From the NCBI RefSeq assembly GCF_054482595.1, contig NZ_CM137008.1: a DNA stretch of 64,000 bases. One strand, 5' to 3'. Shown here in pieces: positions 1 to 11,209 of the stretch. Both the position numbers and the translations under genes were made by a program. Positions within the stretch are counted from its first letter, which is position 1; each line of letters starts with the position of its first letter. The notes beneath the pieces are model-generated. The model did not search any database, was not told the origin of the DNA, and saw only the letters and a program-made list of their open reading frames with translations.

Positions 1-558
1 CACATCAACCTGGTGGGCGATATCCAACGCCGAAGTCGGTTCGTCGAGCAACAGACAACGGCTATCCTGCGCCACCAGCATGGCGATCCACGCCCGCTGA
101 CGTTCGCCGCCAGAGAGGCTGTCTACCAGCCGATGCGCCAGCGATTTTAAGCCAACCAGCGAGATAGCTTCCTCAACTTTTTCGCGATCTGCCGCACCAA
201 AGCGCCCTAGTGCGCCATGCCACGGGTAACGACCAATCGCCACCAGTTCACGCACGGTCATCCCTTCTGCCGGAGGAAGCTGCTGCGGTAAATAAGCCAC
301 TTTGCGGGCGAACGCTTTGCTGCTCCAGCTTTCCAGCGGCTGGGCATCAAGAAGAATCTCCCCTTCCGACGGCGGCTGATGACGGCCAAGCATTTTGAGC
401 AGAGTGGATTTACCAGAACCGTTGTGACCAATCAGACCGGTCACTTTCCCGGCAGGAAAGGTTAACGACAGCGGATGCAAAAGCGTGCGCCCGGGCACAC
501 GAAAGGAGATATTACGCAGTGCAAAAGTGGTATCGGAATGATTCGTGTATTCCTGCAT
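1..558 (-). CDS. fhuC: Ferrichrome ABC transporter ATP-binding protein, N-terminal part (gene runs off the window start)
   Basis: Minus-strand translation from ATG at 556-558 gives MQEYTNHSDTTFALRNISFRVPGRTLLHPLSLTFPAGKVTGLIGHNGSGKST (Walker A); lies directly downstream of fhuA as in the fhuACDB operon. Confidence 0.85.
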   Translation of the reverse strand, partial: MQEYTNHSDTTFALRNISFRVPGRTLLHPLSLTFPAGKVTGLIGHNGSGKSTLLKMLGRHQPPSEGEILLDAQPLESWSSKAFARKVAYLPQQLPPAEGMTVRELVAIGRYPWHGALGRFGAADREKVEEAISLVGLKSLAHRLVDSLSGGERQRAWIAMLVAQDSRCLLLDEPTSALDIAHQVDV

Positions 559-608
559 AACAGCCAACTTGTGAAACGGGCACGGAAATCCGTGCCCCAA
601 AAGAGAAA

Positions 609-2852
609 TTAGAAACGGAAGGTTGCGGTTGCAACGACCTGACGTTCTGCGCCCCAGAAGCAGCCATAAGTGTTAAAGCAGCTGGCGACGTATTCACGAT
701 CGAACAGGTTGTTAACATGCAGCGCCACGTTGGAGCCCGCCATGCCGACTCGCGCCAGATCATAACGCACTAACGCATCCACGACCGTATAACTTCCCAC
801 TTTAAAGGAGTTAGCCGGATCACCATAGCTGGAGCCAGTATAACGACCACCGGTGCCCAGCGTCAGACCTGAAAGCGGACCGTCAAAGAAGGTATAGTCA
901 GCCCACAGCGAAGCCATGTGTTTTGGCACCTGTGCAGGCGTATTGCCTTTATAGGTAGTATCGGTGGTGTATTCCGCATCGGTGTAAGTATAAGAACCGA
1001 CTACGTTAACACTCGCCGACAGCGCCGCTTTCGCTTCGATTTCTACGCCACGTGCGCGGATCTCGCCACCTTCAACCGAGAAGAAGGAACCCTCAGGGTC
1101 CGCCATCAGGTTGTTGGTTTTAGTGAGATTATACACGGCACCAGTAACTACAATCGGACGATCTTCCGGTACATATTTCACGCCGACTTCATACTGCTTA
1201 CCTTTAGACGGTGCGAAAATATTACCATCCTTCCCAACTTGCGAAGAAGGTTCAAACGATTCGCTATAGCTAAAGTAAGGTGTTACGCCATTATCAAACA
1301 GGTAGTTAACACCACCACGCCAGGTAAACTGTTTGTCATCACGTTTATCGGTCGTCCCGGCAACGCGGTTAAGAGATTCTTGATCTGCCCAGTCATAACG
1401 ACCGCCCAGGGTGACCAGCACTTTATCCCACTGCGCCTGATCCTGAACATAAACGCCCGTTTGTTTCTGTTTATTCAGAATGCGGTAAGGGCCGGAGTTT
1501 GCCGGATCTTTGGCATTGAAGTCGAAATCGGTATTCACCGGATTGTACAGATTGAGCAGTGGCACAGAGTCGTCGTAACCAAACCAGGCGTTGATGTCAT
1601 TACGCATACGCATAAAGTCGACACCGGTCAGCAGGGTGTGGTCGATATCGCCAGTGGCAAACTTGCTCTGCAACTGGGTATCAACAGAGAAGTTTTGCAG
1701 CTTCTCATCATCAACGACGTATTTACGTGCCAGATAATGGCCTTTATCCGCTGGCGCTAATGCCGCACACTGTTTGCTGTAAGCATTCGCCGGATCGGAG
1801 CAGACGCCGTAACCATAAACGCTGTTTTGCGAGGTTTTGTTTTCAGCAAAGCGCAGGTTCTGACGCACAGTAAAGGTGTCGTTAAATTCGTGATCGAAGC
1901 TGTAGCCCACCATCTTCTCATTACGAGAATAGGTGTTGTTCTTCGCCCCTTCGTTAAAGTCTGTCGGCAGACGCTTACCGTTCGGCAGCGGCTCAACGGT
2001 TCCCTCTTTCGGCAACCAGCCGTAATAACCGGTTTCCGGCTCGTTCTGGAAGTAAGAAAGGAAGGTGAAATTGGTTTTATCATCCGGACGCCAGGTGAAC
2101 GCCGGTGCAATAGCATAACGCTGCTCTTCTGACCCTTTCTGCTGGGCATTGGCAGAACGCGCAAGACCGGTCAGGCGATAAGAGTAAACGCCATCATCAT
2201 CCAGCGCATCGCTAAAGTCAAAACCAGTCTGGAACAGGCTGTCAGTACCGGCTTTAAACTGAACTTCTTTCAGCGGTTCGGTGGTCGGACGCTTGCTGAC
2301 CATATTCAACAGACCGCCAGGACTGCTTTTACCGTAAAGCACGGAAACCGGGCCACGCATAATTTCAGCGCGTTCCAGCATATACGGATCAATGACCGCA
2401 TCGTTATAGAAGTTGCCCTGCAACTTCAGGCCATTCAGATAGTTATTTTGGCTTTGGCCTTCTGCCGCAAAACCGCGAATGATCAGGTGGTCATAGGTGT
2501 TGGATGCGCCACGCGTACCAACAGAGACACCCGGCGTATAGCTAAGCGCTTCTTTCACCGACTTCGGCTGATGCAGCGCCATCTCTTCGGCGGTCACAAC
2601 AGAAATAGACTGTGGCACTTTTTGAATCGGCGTATCGGTTTTAGTGCCGGTAGCTGACTGTCGCGCCGCAATAGTTGCAGCAGGCCCCCATGCGCTTTCT
2701 TGCGGCGCAGGTGCAGCGGTAACGGTGATAGTGTCTTCTTTCGGTTCAACCGCTGCCTGTGCATAAACAGACATGCCGCTAACCGCTGTGGCTACTACAA
2801 CTGCGATTTTACGCAGTGAGTGTTTTGGCTGAGCAGTTTTGGAACGCGCCAT
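609..2852 (-). CDS. fhuA: TonB-dependent ferrichrome outer-membrane receptor
   Basis: 747-aa ORF with signal peptide and C-terminal beta-barrel ending in F; sequence recognised as FhuA; synteny with fhuC. Confidence 0.95.
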   Translation of the reverse strand: MARSKTAQPKHSLRKIAVVVATAVSGMSVYAQAAVEPKEDTITVTAAPAPQESAWGPAATIAARQSATGTKTDTPIQKVPQSISVVTAEEMALHQPKSVKEALSYTPGVSVGTRGASNTYDHLIIRGFAAEGQSQNNYLNGLKLQGNFYNDAVIDPYMLERAEIMRGPVSVLYGKSSPGGLLNMVSKRPTTEPLKEVQFKAGTDSLFQTGFDFSDALDDDGVYSYRLTGLARSANAQQKGSEEQRYAIAPAFTWRPDDKTNFTFLSYFQNEPETGYYGWLPKEGTVEPLPNGKRLPTDFNEGAKNNTYSRNEKMVGYSFDHEFNDTFTVRQNLRFAENKTSQNSVYGYGVCSDPANAYSKQCAALAPADKGHYLARKYVVDDEKLQNFSVDTQLQSKFATGDIDHTLLTGVDFMRMRNDINAWFGYDDSVPLLNLYNPVNTDFDFNAKDPANSGPYRILNKQKQTGVYVQDQAQWDKVLVTLGGRYDWADQESLNRVAGTTDKRDDKQFTWRGGVNYLFDNGVTPYFSYSESFEPSSQVGKDGNIFAPSKGKQYEVGVKYVPEDRPIVVTGAVYNLTKTNNLMADPEGSFFSVEGGEIRARGVEIEAKAALSASVNVVGSYTYTDAEYTTDTTYKGNTPAQVPKHMASLWADYTFFDGPLSGLTLGTGGRYTGSSYGDPANSFKVGSYTVVDALVRYDLARVGMAGSNVALHVNNLFDREYVASCFNTYGCFWGAERQVVATATFRF

Positions 2853-2874
2853 TGGTATATCTCTGATGTAAAGT

Positions 2875-2923
2875 GAATGATAACGTAAACGAGAATGATT
2901 ATTATAAAGATAAGATAATATTC
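2875..2923 (-). promoter_or_regulatory. Candidate Fur box in the fhuA promoter
   Basis: AT-rich GATAAT/ATCATT-type repeats (gaatgataacgtaaacgagaatgattattataaagataagataat) 23-70 bp upstream of the fhuA start; resembles the Fur consensus GATAATGATAATCATTATC. Coordinates approximate. Confidence 0.4.
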
Positions 2924-3071
2924 GAAACGCTGGCGGGTTCGCAAGCGGTACGCAATCTGAGCGTTCCTGAAGGGTTAATAAACAACCAGATGAAAAGAAA
3001 GGGTTAATATTTTAGATGGGATGTTATTTTACCGGATGGCAACTCGCCATCCGGTATGTCACGTTTAGACG

Positions 3072-5606
3072 TTAATTACTACCAAACATATCTTTAATCC
3101 AACCGGCTACACCGTCGCTGTCTTTCTGCTCTTGCTGAGCAGGTTGCTGTTGCGGCTGTTGCTGCGGCTGAGAAGACTGATCAAACGGATTGCCTGACGG
3201 CTGCTGCTGCATCTCACTCTGCTGGCACAGCGATTGCGGATCGCTGGTCCAGACCGGCAAGACACGCATGCCACCGCTGCAAACAAAGTTGCCGTCGTAG
3301 TCCACGCCCATATCTGCAATATCTTCTGGCGGAACAAGATTCAGCGGCGTTGGCGTCTGGTTAGCCAGATAACGCTGATAAATCGACATTGCCCCGCTGG
3401 CACCATACAGTTTGGTCGGCTGGTTGTTATCACGGCCGACCCAGGTGATGGTCACCGTGCTGCCGTCAATGCCCGCAAACCAGGTATCTACGTTATTGTT
3501 GGTAGTCCCTGTTTTCCCTGCCAGATGCAGGTTCGGGTATTTCGCCCCAAGCTGACGACCCGTACCACGTTGTACCACCTGCTGCATGGTCCATAGTGTC
3601 AGATACGCCGCCTGCGCCGGAACAGCGCGTTCCGCCTGCGGGAAGCTCTGATACAGCACTTTGCCATCTTCCGCGATTACCGAACGCAGCGCAGAAAGCG
3701 GTGCACGGTTACCACCGCTGGCGATGGTCTGGAATGCCTGCGCCACTTCGATTGGCGTTAAGTTCAACGCCCCCAGCAGCATTGCCGGAACCGGATGCAA
3801 CTGATCTTTCGGTACGCCCAGTTTGATCCAGGTATCCGTAACCGCAGGCAGCCCCAGCGCCATCCCCAGATTTACCGTCGGCACGTTCATCGAACGGGTC
3901 AACGCATCCACCAGCATCACTCTGCCGCTTTCGCTATAACGACGGTCATCATTCTGCGGTGACCAGACCTGGCCATTCGGCTGACGCAGCGCAATTGGCG
4001 CATCCGCAATCCACGTATTCAGACGATAGATTTTCGGCTGGCTTAAGGCCGTCAGATAAGTCGCTGGTTTTGCAAGGGAACCAATCGAACGACGCGCCTG
4101 CATCGCACGGTTGTAGCCCGCAAACTGCGGCTCAGAACCTCCGACCATCGCACGAACTTCACCACTAAAGCGGTCGACGACCACAATCGCGGTTTCCAGA
4201 TCGCTCAGCTTACGCTGTTTCTTAAGTGCCGGAATGCCTTCCACGGCGGCTTTTTCTGCCGCGTCCTGGGCCACCGAGTCAAAGGTAGTGAAGATCTTCA
4301 CGCCGGAGAGATCTTTTACCTTATCGCCTAATTTAGCCTGAAGCTCCTGACGCACCAGTTGCATAAAGGCTGGCTGAGGAGAGATCACCCCACCGCGCGG
4401 CTGAACACCCAGCGGACGCGCACTCAACATGTCATAGAGTTCTTGATCAATAATCTGTTGCTGTTGCAGCAGACGCAGTACCAGATTACGTCGCTCCAGC
4501 GCCAGTTTCGGGTTACGCCACGGGTTGTAGATGGACGCTCCTTTCACCATACCGACTAACAGCGCCTGCTGATCGAGGCTCAATTCTTCTACCGGGCGAC
4601 CAAAGTAATACAAGCTCGCCAGCGGGAAGCCGCGGATTTCGTTGTCGCCGCTCTGACCGAGATACACCTCGTTCATATACAGCTCAAGAATACGGTCTTT
4701 GCTGTAACGCGCGTCCATGATCAGCGCCATGTAGGCTTCATTCGCTTTACGCCAGTAAGAGCGCTCGCTGGAGAGGAACAGGTTTTTCACCAGCTGCTGC
4801 GTCAGCGTACTCGCCCCCTGCACCGTTCGACCTGCGGTCAGGTTTGCCAGCACCGCACGTCCGATGGAGTAGAGACTGATCCCATCATGCTCGTAGAAAT
4901 GACGGTCTTCTGTCGCCAGCAAAGTATCCACCAGCAAATCCGGGAAACCACTGCGCGGCACAAACAAACGCTGCTCACCGTTTGGTGAGGAGATCATGGT
5001 GATCAGACGCGGATCAAGACGGAAGAAACCGAACTGACGGTTGTTCTCCATATTGACGATGGTCGCCAGATGATCGCCATCAAAGGTCAGACGCGCACGC
5101 ACCTGCCCTTCTTTGCTGTCCGGGAAATCAAACGGACGGCGGATCATCTCAATGCTGTTAGCCTGCACAGTAAATTCGCCAGGACGGGTCATTTTCGACA
5201 CCTGACGATACTGGGTTGCCTCCAGCAGCTTCACCATTTCGTTCTTGCTGATGGTCATGTCTGGCTCAAGGTTGACCATTCGGCCATAAACTGCCGCAGG
5301 CAGTTGCCAGACCTTGCCATCAATACGGCTGCGAATTTTTTGATCGAGATAAACGCCGTAAATGGCGATCAGCACGGCAAAAACGATAGCCAGTTTTAAC
5401 AGCAGCCATAGCCAGCCGCGTTTGCCACGAGGCTTACGCCCTTTGCCTTTGCCCTTACCTTTGCGCGGCATCGGTTCTTCATCCTCATAGTCATCATAAT
5501 CGTCGTAATCATCGTCATCTTCGTAACGACGACGGCTTACCTTTTGTTTGACCGGACGCGTCGGTTTCCCTTTGCGTCCAATTGGCTCGCGGTCATTCCC
5601 GGCCAT
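3072..5606 (-). CDS. mrcB: Bifunctional penicillin-binding protein 1B (glycosyltransferase/transpeptidase)
   Basis: ORF-track 849 aa; start trimmed to [13 protein letters not shown] (844 aa); contains the STLTQQ glycosyltransferase motif and transpeptidase domain; acidic [15 protein letters not shown] then [11 protein letters not shown]-terminal segment. Confidence 0.93.
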   Translation of the reverse strand: MAGNDREPIGRKGKPTRPVKQKVSRRRYEDDDDYDDYDDYEDEEPMPRKGKGKGKGRKPRGKRGWLWLLLKLAIVFAVLIAIYGVYLDQKIRSRIDGKVWQLPAAVYGRMVNLEPDMTISKNEMVKLLEATQYRQVSKMTRPGEFTVQANSIEMIRRPFDFPDSKEGQVRARLTFDGDHLATIVNMENNRQFGFFRLDPRLITMISSPNGEQRLFVPRSGFPDLLVDTLLATEDRHFYEHDGISLYSIGRAVLANLTAGRTVQGASTLTQQLVKNLFLSSERSYWRKANEAYMALIMDARYSKDRILELYMNEVYLGQSGDNEIRGFPLASLYYFGRPVEELSLDQQALLVGMVKGASIYNPWRNPKLALERRNLVLRLLQQQQIIDQELYDMLSARPLGVQPRGGVISPQPAFMQLVRQELQAKLGDKVKDLSGVKIFTTFDSVAQDAAEKAAVEGIPALKKQRKLSDLETAIVVVDRFSGEVRAMVGGSEPQFAGYNRAMQARRSIGSLAKPATYLTALSQPKIYRLNTWIADAPIALRQPNGQVWSPQNDDRRYSESGRVMLVDALTRSMNVPTVNLGMALGLPAVTDTWIKLGVPKDQLHPVPAMLLGALNLTPIEVAQAFQTIASGGNRAPLSALRSVIAEDGKVLYQSFPQAERAVPAQAAYLTLWTMQQVVQRGTGRQLGAKYPNLHLAGKTGTTNNNVDTWFAGIDGSTVTITWVGRDNNQPTKLYGASGAMSIYQRYLANQTPTPLNLVPPEDIADMGVDYDGNFVCSGGMRVLPVWTSDPQSLCQQSEMQQQPSGNPFDQSSQPQQQPQQQPAQQEQKDSDGVAGWIKDMFGSN

Positions 5607-5704
5607 GCTTTTTCTCCGCAATATTCAGGCGCAAAAGCCCGATTTTCTGTTCTTCTGTTACAAGACAGAAGAAGATATCTCTCAAAATTTGAGCTCGATC
5701 GGTC

Positions 5705-5789
5705 CCCTCTCCCTTAAGGGAGAGGGTTAGGGTGAGGGTGAACGTGCGCGCTGATGCCCTCACCCCGGCCCTCTCCCACAGGGAGAGGG
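5705..5789. repeat. Array of three GC-rich hairpins (stems ccctctccc/gggagaggg, gggtgaggg/ccctcaccc, ccctctccc/gggagaggg) between hrpB stop and mrcB start
   Basis: Read directly: ccctctccc-ttaa-gggagaggg; gggtgaggg-N18-ccctcaccc; ccctctccc-aca-gggagaggg. Starts about 13 nt after the hrpB stop. Likely terminator or intergenic repeat element. Confidence 0.5.
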
Positions 5790-5801
5790 AGAAAACCAAC
5801 C

Positions 5802-8231
5802 TTACGAATACTTTTTCGTCCGTCGCGTCGGTGCCGTGTTTGCCGGGTCGTCCGGCCAGACGTGTTTGGGATAACGCCCTTTCATCTCTTTTTGCACCTC
5901 ACGATACGCCCCTTTCCAGAAGGCCCCCAAATCACGCGTGATTTGCAGCGGCCTTTGGGCAGGTGAAAGCAATTCCAGCACCAGCGGCACGCGCCCCTGG
6001 GCGATCGTCGGATTGGTGGCCTCACCAAACATCTCCTGCATTCTCACCGCCAGCGCGGGCGGGTTATCTTCATGATAACGAATGGCGATCCGGCTTCCCG
6101 TCGGCACAGTGTAATGCGCAGGCAATTCACTATCCAGACGTTGCTGCATTCCCCAATCAAGTAATCCGCGTAGTGCCTGATAAATGTCGAGTGATTTCAG
6201 GCCGCGTAGTGAATGTACACCGGCCATATGTGGCAGCAGCCACGTTTCCAGCGTCGCCAACAAACTTTCATCATCAACCGCTGGCCAGTCATATTCTGGC
6301 AACCACTTTCCGGCGCATAACAAACGCAAGCGTAGCTGTTCCGCTTCCGCCGTCCAGTTGAGCACGCTTAAACCTTTATCACGGATGCCGTTAAGCATCG
6401 CCTGATGCAACTCGTCTTCTGACGGTTTCGCCAACGGCTGCACTTTCACCGTCAACTGACCGATTTGCAGCCGACGCCAGGCTTTCAGTGTACCTTGCGC
6501 GTCATCCCATTCCACGGTGTCAGATTGCTGCACCAGCTGCGGACTGCGTCGCACTAATTCATCAATATCGACCGGTAACGCCAGTAAAATCCGCGCATCC
6601 GGCGAGGCGCTGCCCTGCAATAATAACGGTGCGATCAACCATTCGTGGCGGCTTAGCGCGTCGTCGGCATCGAGCATCGCCCCCATGCCGTTTGCCAGTT
6701 GATAGCGTCCATCTTGCCCACGGCGGCGAGCAATGCGATCGGCAAACGCCCCGGCAAGTAGCGGCGCGATAAGCGAACTGTCTGCCTCACCGCCGCGTAC
6801 GTTTAAGCGTTTTAACAGTTGCTGACTACGTTGCTGCCAGGCTGGTTGATTGCGCGAAAACGCCACGCCCAGGTCACTATTGCCCATCCGTGGCGGCTCT
6901 TCGAGAATGGCGGCAATTTTTGCCGCGGTAGCAGCTTCGTCGTCGCTCTTTGCGCTAACCAGCATTGCCGCTAAACGCGGATCGTTACCCAGCGCTGCCA
7001 TTTTTTGCCCCTGCGCACTAAGCCGTTCACCGTCCAGCGCCCCCAGCATCTTTAACAGGCGTTTCGCGGCCAGTAAATTCACTGCTGGCGGTTGATCCAG
7101 CCAGCTCATCTGCGCTGGATCGCTGCATCCCCATTGCAGTAATTCCATCAGCAAACCGGAAAGATCGCTTTGTAATATTTCCGGTTCACTTTGCGCCGCG
7201 GCGCGTTCTGCTTGTTCCTTGGCGATTAAATGCTGGCAGATACCCGACTCCAGACGCCCGGCGCGCCCGGCACGCTGCGTCATGGATGCCTGGCTAACGC
7301 GTTGAGTAATCAGTCGCGTAAGCCCCGTGCGCGGATCAAAACGCGCCACACGCTCCTGGGCACAATCCACCACCAGACGAATACCTTCAATGGTTAAACT
7401 GGTTTCAGCAATATTGGTCGCCAGCACCACTTTGCGCATCCCTTGCGGTGCCGGGAGGATCGCTTTTCGCTGATCGTTCAGCGACAACGCGCCATACAGC
7501 GGGCAGAGCAACACATCACTGCCGATGCGCGAAGCCAGTTGTTCCTGCACACGCTGAATTTCTCCGACGCCCGGTAAAAATAACAGTAATGATCCGCTTT
7601 CCTGACGCAGCATTTCGGCGGTAGCAACCGCGACGGCTTCGTCAAAACGCTGATGCGCGGGCAACGGAAAATAGCGGCGCTCAACCGGAAACGAGCGCCC
7701 TTCTGAGATGACGACGGGCGCTTCTGGTAGCATTTGTTGCAAGCGGTCGTTGTCCAGCGTAGCTGACATAATCAGCAGTTTAAGGTCATCGCGCAGGCCT
7801 TGTTGCACGTCTAGTAACAACGCCAGCGCCAAATCCGCCTGCAAGCTGCGTTCATGGAATTCATCGAGAATCACCAGCCCAACACCGCTCAGTTCCGGGT
7901 CACGCTGGATCATCCGCGTCAGCACGCCTTCGGTAACCACTTCCAGGCGGGTATTTGGCCCGACGCAGTTTTGCGCACGCATCCGGTAGCCAACGGTATC
8001 GCCTGGCTTTTCGTTAAGCAGCTCCGCCAGCCGTTGCGCGACGTTACGCGCCGCCAGACGACGCGGCTCCAGCAGGATAATTTTCCCGTTAATGCCGGGA
8101 TGCGCCAGCAGTTGCAGCGGCAGCCAGGTTGATTTCCCGGCCCCGGTCGGCGCACTTAATAATACCTGCGGCGCACAATCGAGAGCGGTAAGTAATTCAG
8201 GTAAGACGGCAGCAACGGGCAACGACGACAC
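5802..8231 (-). CDS. hrpB: ATP-dependent RNA helicase HrpB (DEAH-box)
   Basis: ORF-track 824 aa; trimmed to GTG start giving 809 aa beginning (M)SSLPVAAVLPELL; motifs APTGAGKST and DEFHER. Confidence 0.85.
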   Translation of the reverse strand: MSSLPVAAVLPELLTALDCAPQVLLSAPTGAGKSTWLPLQLLAHPGINGKIILLEPRRLAARNVAQRLAELLNEKPGDTVGYRMRAQNCVGPNTRLEVVTEGVLTRMIQRDPELSGVGLVILDEFHERSLQADLALALLLDVQQGLRDDLKLLIMSATLDNDRLQQMLPEAPVVISEGRSFPVERRYFPLPAHQRFDEAVAVATAEMLRQESGSLLLFLPGVGEIQRVQEQLASRIGSDVLLCPLYGALSLNDQRKAILPAPQGMRKVVLATNIAETSLTIEGIRLVVDCAQERVARFDPRTGLTRLITQRVSQASMTQRAGRAGRLESGICQHLIAKEQAERAAAQSEPEILQSDLSGLLMELLQWGCSDPAQMSWLDQPPAVNLLAAKRLLKMLGALDGERLSAQGQKMAALGNDPRLAAMLVSAKSDDEAATAAKIAAILEEPPRMGNSDLGVAFSRNQPAWQQRSQQLLKRLNVRGGEADSSLIAPLLAGAFADRIARRRGQDGRYQLANGMGAMLDADDALSRHEWLIAPLLLQGSASPDARILLALPVDIDELVRRSPQLVQQSDTVEWDDAQGTLKAWRRLQIGQLTVKVQPLAKPSEDELHQAMLNGIRDKGLSVLNWTAEAEQLRLRLLCAGKWLPEYDWPAVDDESLLATLETWLLPHMAGVHSLRGLKSLDIYQALRGLLDWGMQQRLDSELPAHYTVPTGSRIAIRYHEDNPPALAVRMQEMFGEATNPTIAQGRVPLVLELLSPAQRPLQITRDLGAFWKGAYREVQKEMKGRYPKHVWPDDPANTAPTRRTKKYS

Positions 8232-8304
8232 AAAACGCTCCAGAGGGTTAACATTCTTCGCGCCACATTGTAGCATCGCGGTAATTCATAACCGAGTGCC
8301 TCAC

Positions 8305-9554
<1,250 letters not shown>

Positions 9555-9731
9555 TAAAGTAAGTAACTGGTTAATTTACATTCTGGTCGCGTGCGCAAAT
9601 ACGCTTTTCCTCACACAGTTGTCAAGTGTTACGTTTAGATAATTGCTATCCGGAAAAGCATCTGCTATTTATAGCGGCCTCATTTTTCCCCCGAACATGG
9701 GGATCGATAGTGCGTGTTAAGGAGAAGCAAC

Positions 9732-10187
9732 ATGCAAGAAGGGCAAAACCGTAAAACATCGTCCCTGAGTATTCTCGCCATCGCTGGGGTGGAACCATAT
9801 CAGGAGAAGCCGGGCGAAGAGTATATGAATGAAGCCCAGCTGGCGCACTTCCGTCGTATTCTGGAAGCATGGCGTAATCAACTCAGGGATGAAGTCGATC
9901 GCACCGTTACACATATGCAGGATGAAGCAGCCAACTTCCCGGACCCGGTAGACCGTGCAGCCCAGGAAGAAGAGTTCAGCCTCGAACTGCGTAACCGCGA
10001 TCGCGAGCGTAAGCTGATCAAAAAGATCGAGAAGACGCTGAAAAAAGTGGAAGACGAAGATTTCGGCTACTGCGAATCCTGCGGTGTTGAAATTGGTATT
10101 CGCCGTCTGGAAGCGCGCCCGACAGCCGATCTGTGCATCGACTGCAAAACGCTGGCTGAAATTCGCGAAAAACAGATGGCTGGCTAA
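9732..10187 (+). CDS. dksA: RNA polymerase-binding transcription factor DksA
   Basis: 151 aa from [20 protein letters not shown]4 zinc finger [27 protein letters not shown] ggag upstream. Confidence 0.93.
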   Translation: MQEGQNRKTSSLSILAIAGVEPYQEKPGEEYMNEAQLAHFRRILEAWRNQLRDEVDRTVTHMQDEAANFPDPVDRAAQEEEFSLELRNRDRERKLIKKIEKTLKKVEDEDFGYCESCGVEIGIRRLEARPTADLCIDCKTLAEIREKQMAG

Positions 10188-10214
10188 TTACAGCCGTTCC
10201 ATCACGTTTACCAC

Positions 10215-10243
10215 AGGCGGGAAATGCTCCCGCCTTATTTTTT
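10215..10243 (+). terminator. Rho-independent terminator after dksA
   Basis: Hairpin aggcggga-aatgc-tcccgcct followed by tatttttt; read directly from sequence. Confidence 0.7.
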
Positions 10244-11150
10244 GTTCAAAGAGATGACAGACACACACTATATTGGCCGCTTCGCCCCCTCTCCTTCCGG
10301 CGAGCTTCATTTTGGTTCTCTGATTGCTGCGCTTGGCAGCTATTTGCAGGCTCACGCCCGACAAGGTCGCTGGCTGGTACGCATAGAAGATATCGACCCG
10401 CCTCGTGAAGTTCCCGGTGCCGCAGAAACTATCCTGCGCCAGCTGGAACATTACGGCCTGCACTGGGACGGCGATGTTCTCTGGCAATCGCAACGTCACG
10501 ATGCCTATCGTGAAGCACTCGCCTGGTTACATGAGCAAGGACTAAGTTATTACTGCACCTGCACGCGTGCACGTATTCAAAGCATTGGCGGTATTTACGA
10601 CGGTCATTGCCGGGAATTGCATCATGGACCAGGCAACGCCGCAGTGCGTATCCGCCAGCAGCATCCGGTCACCCAGTTTACAGACCTGCTGCGAGGCATT
10701 ATTCACGCCGACGAAAAACTGGCACGGGAAGATTTTATTATTCATCGCCGTGATGGTTTGTTTGCCTATAACCTGGCGGTGGTGGTGGATGATCACTTCC
10801 AGGGCGTGAGCGAAATTGTCCGCGGGGCAGATTTGATCGAACCGACAGTGCGGCAAATCTCGCTGTACCAGCTTTTTGGCTGGAAAGTGCCAGATTACAT
10901 TCATCTGCCGCTGGCGCTTAATCCACAAGGCGCTAAACTTTCCAAGCAGAATCATGCGCCTGCGTTGCCGAAAGGCGATCCACGCCCGGTACTAATCGCG
11001 GCACTTCAATTTCTGGGTCAGCAGGTAGAAGCACACTGGCAGGATTTCAGCGTCGAACAAATCCTTCAGTCAGCCGTCAAAAACTGGCGGCTTACCGCAG
11101 TGCCTGAGTCGGCAATTGTAAATTCAACATTCTCAAATGCGTCATGCTGA
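10224..11150 (+). CDS. gluQ: Glutamyl-Q tRNA(Asp) synthetase
   Basis: 308-aa ORF with class I aaRS HIGH-like motif ([15 protein letters not shown]); first ATG at 10224 lies in the loop of the dksA terminator; alternative ATG at 10254 (MTDTHYIGR) gives 298 aa. Confidence 0.85.
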   Translation: MLPPYFLFKEMTDTHYIGRFAPSPSGELHFGSLIAALGSYLQAHARQGRWLVRIEDIDPPREVPGAAETILRQLEHYGLHWDGDVLWQSQRHDAYREALAWLHEQGLSYYCTCTRARIQSIGGIYDGHCRELHHGPGNAAVRIRQQHPVTQFTDLLRGIIHADEKLAREDFIIHRRDGLFAYNLAVVVDDHFQGVSEIVRGADLIEPTVRQISLYQLFGWKVPDYIHLPLALNPQGAKLSKQNHAPALPKGDPRPVLIAALQFLGQQVEAHWQDFSVEQILQSAVKNWRLTAVPESAIVNSTFSNASC

Positions 11151-11209
11151 GCTATGATTAGCCGCTATTTTTTTGTCCTGAATGATGTTTGACACTACCG
11201 AGGTGTACT

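Noticed and set aside
918-1760. 280-aa ORF on the plus strand
   Set aside because: Antisense to fhuA; no start context or recognisable fold.
5548-5799. Small ORFs (60-68 aa) overlapping the hrpB-mrcB hairpin array
   Set aside because: Their translations are dictated by the palindromes (LSLKGEG-type repeats); more likely structured non-coding DNA than genes.
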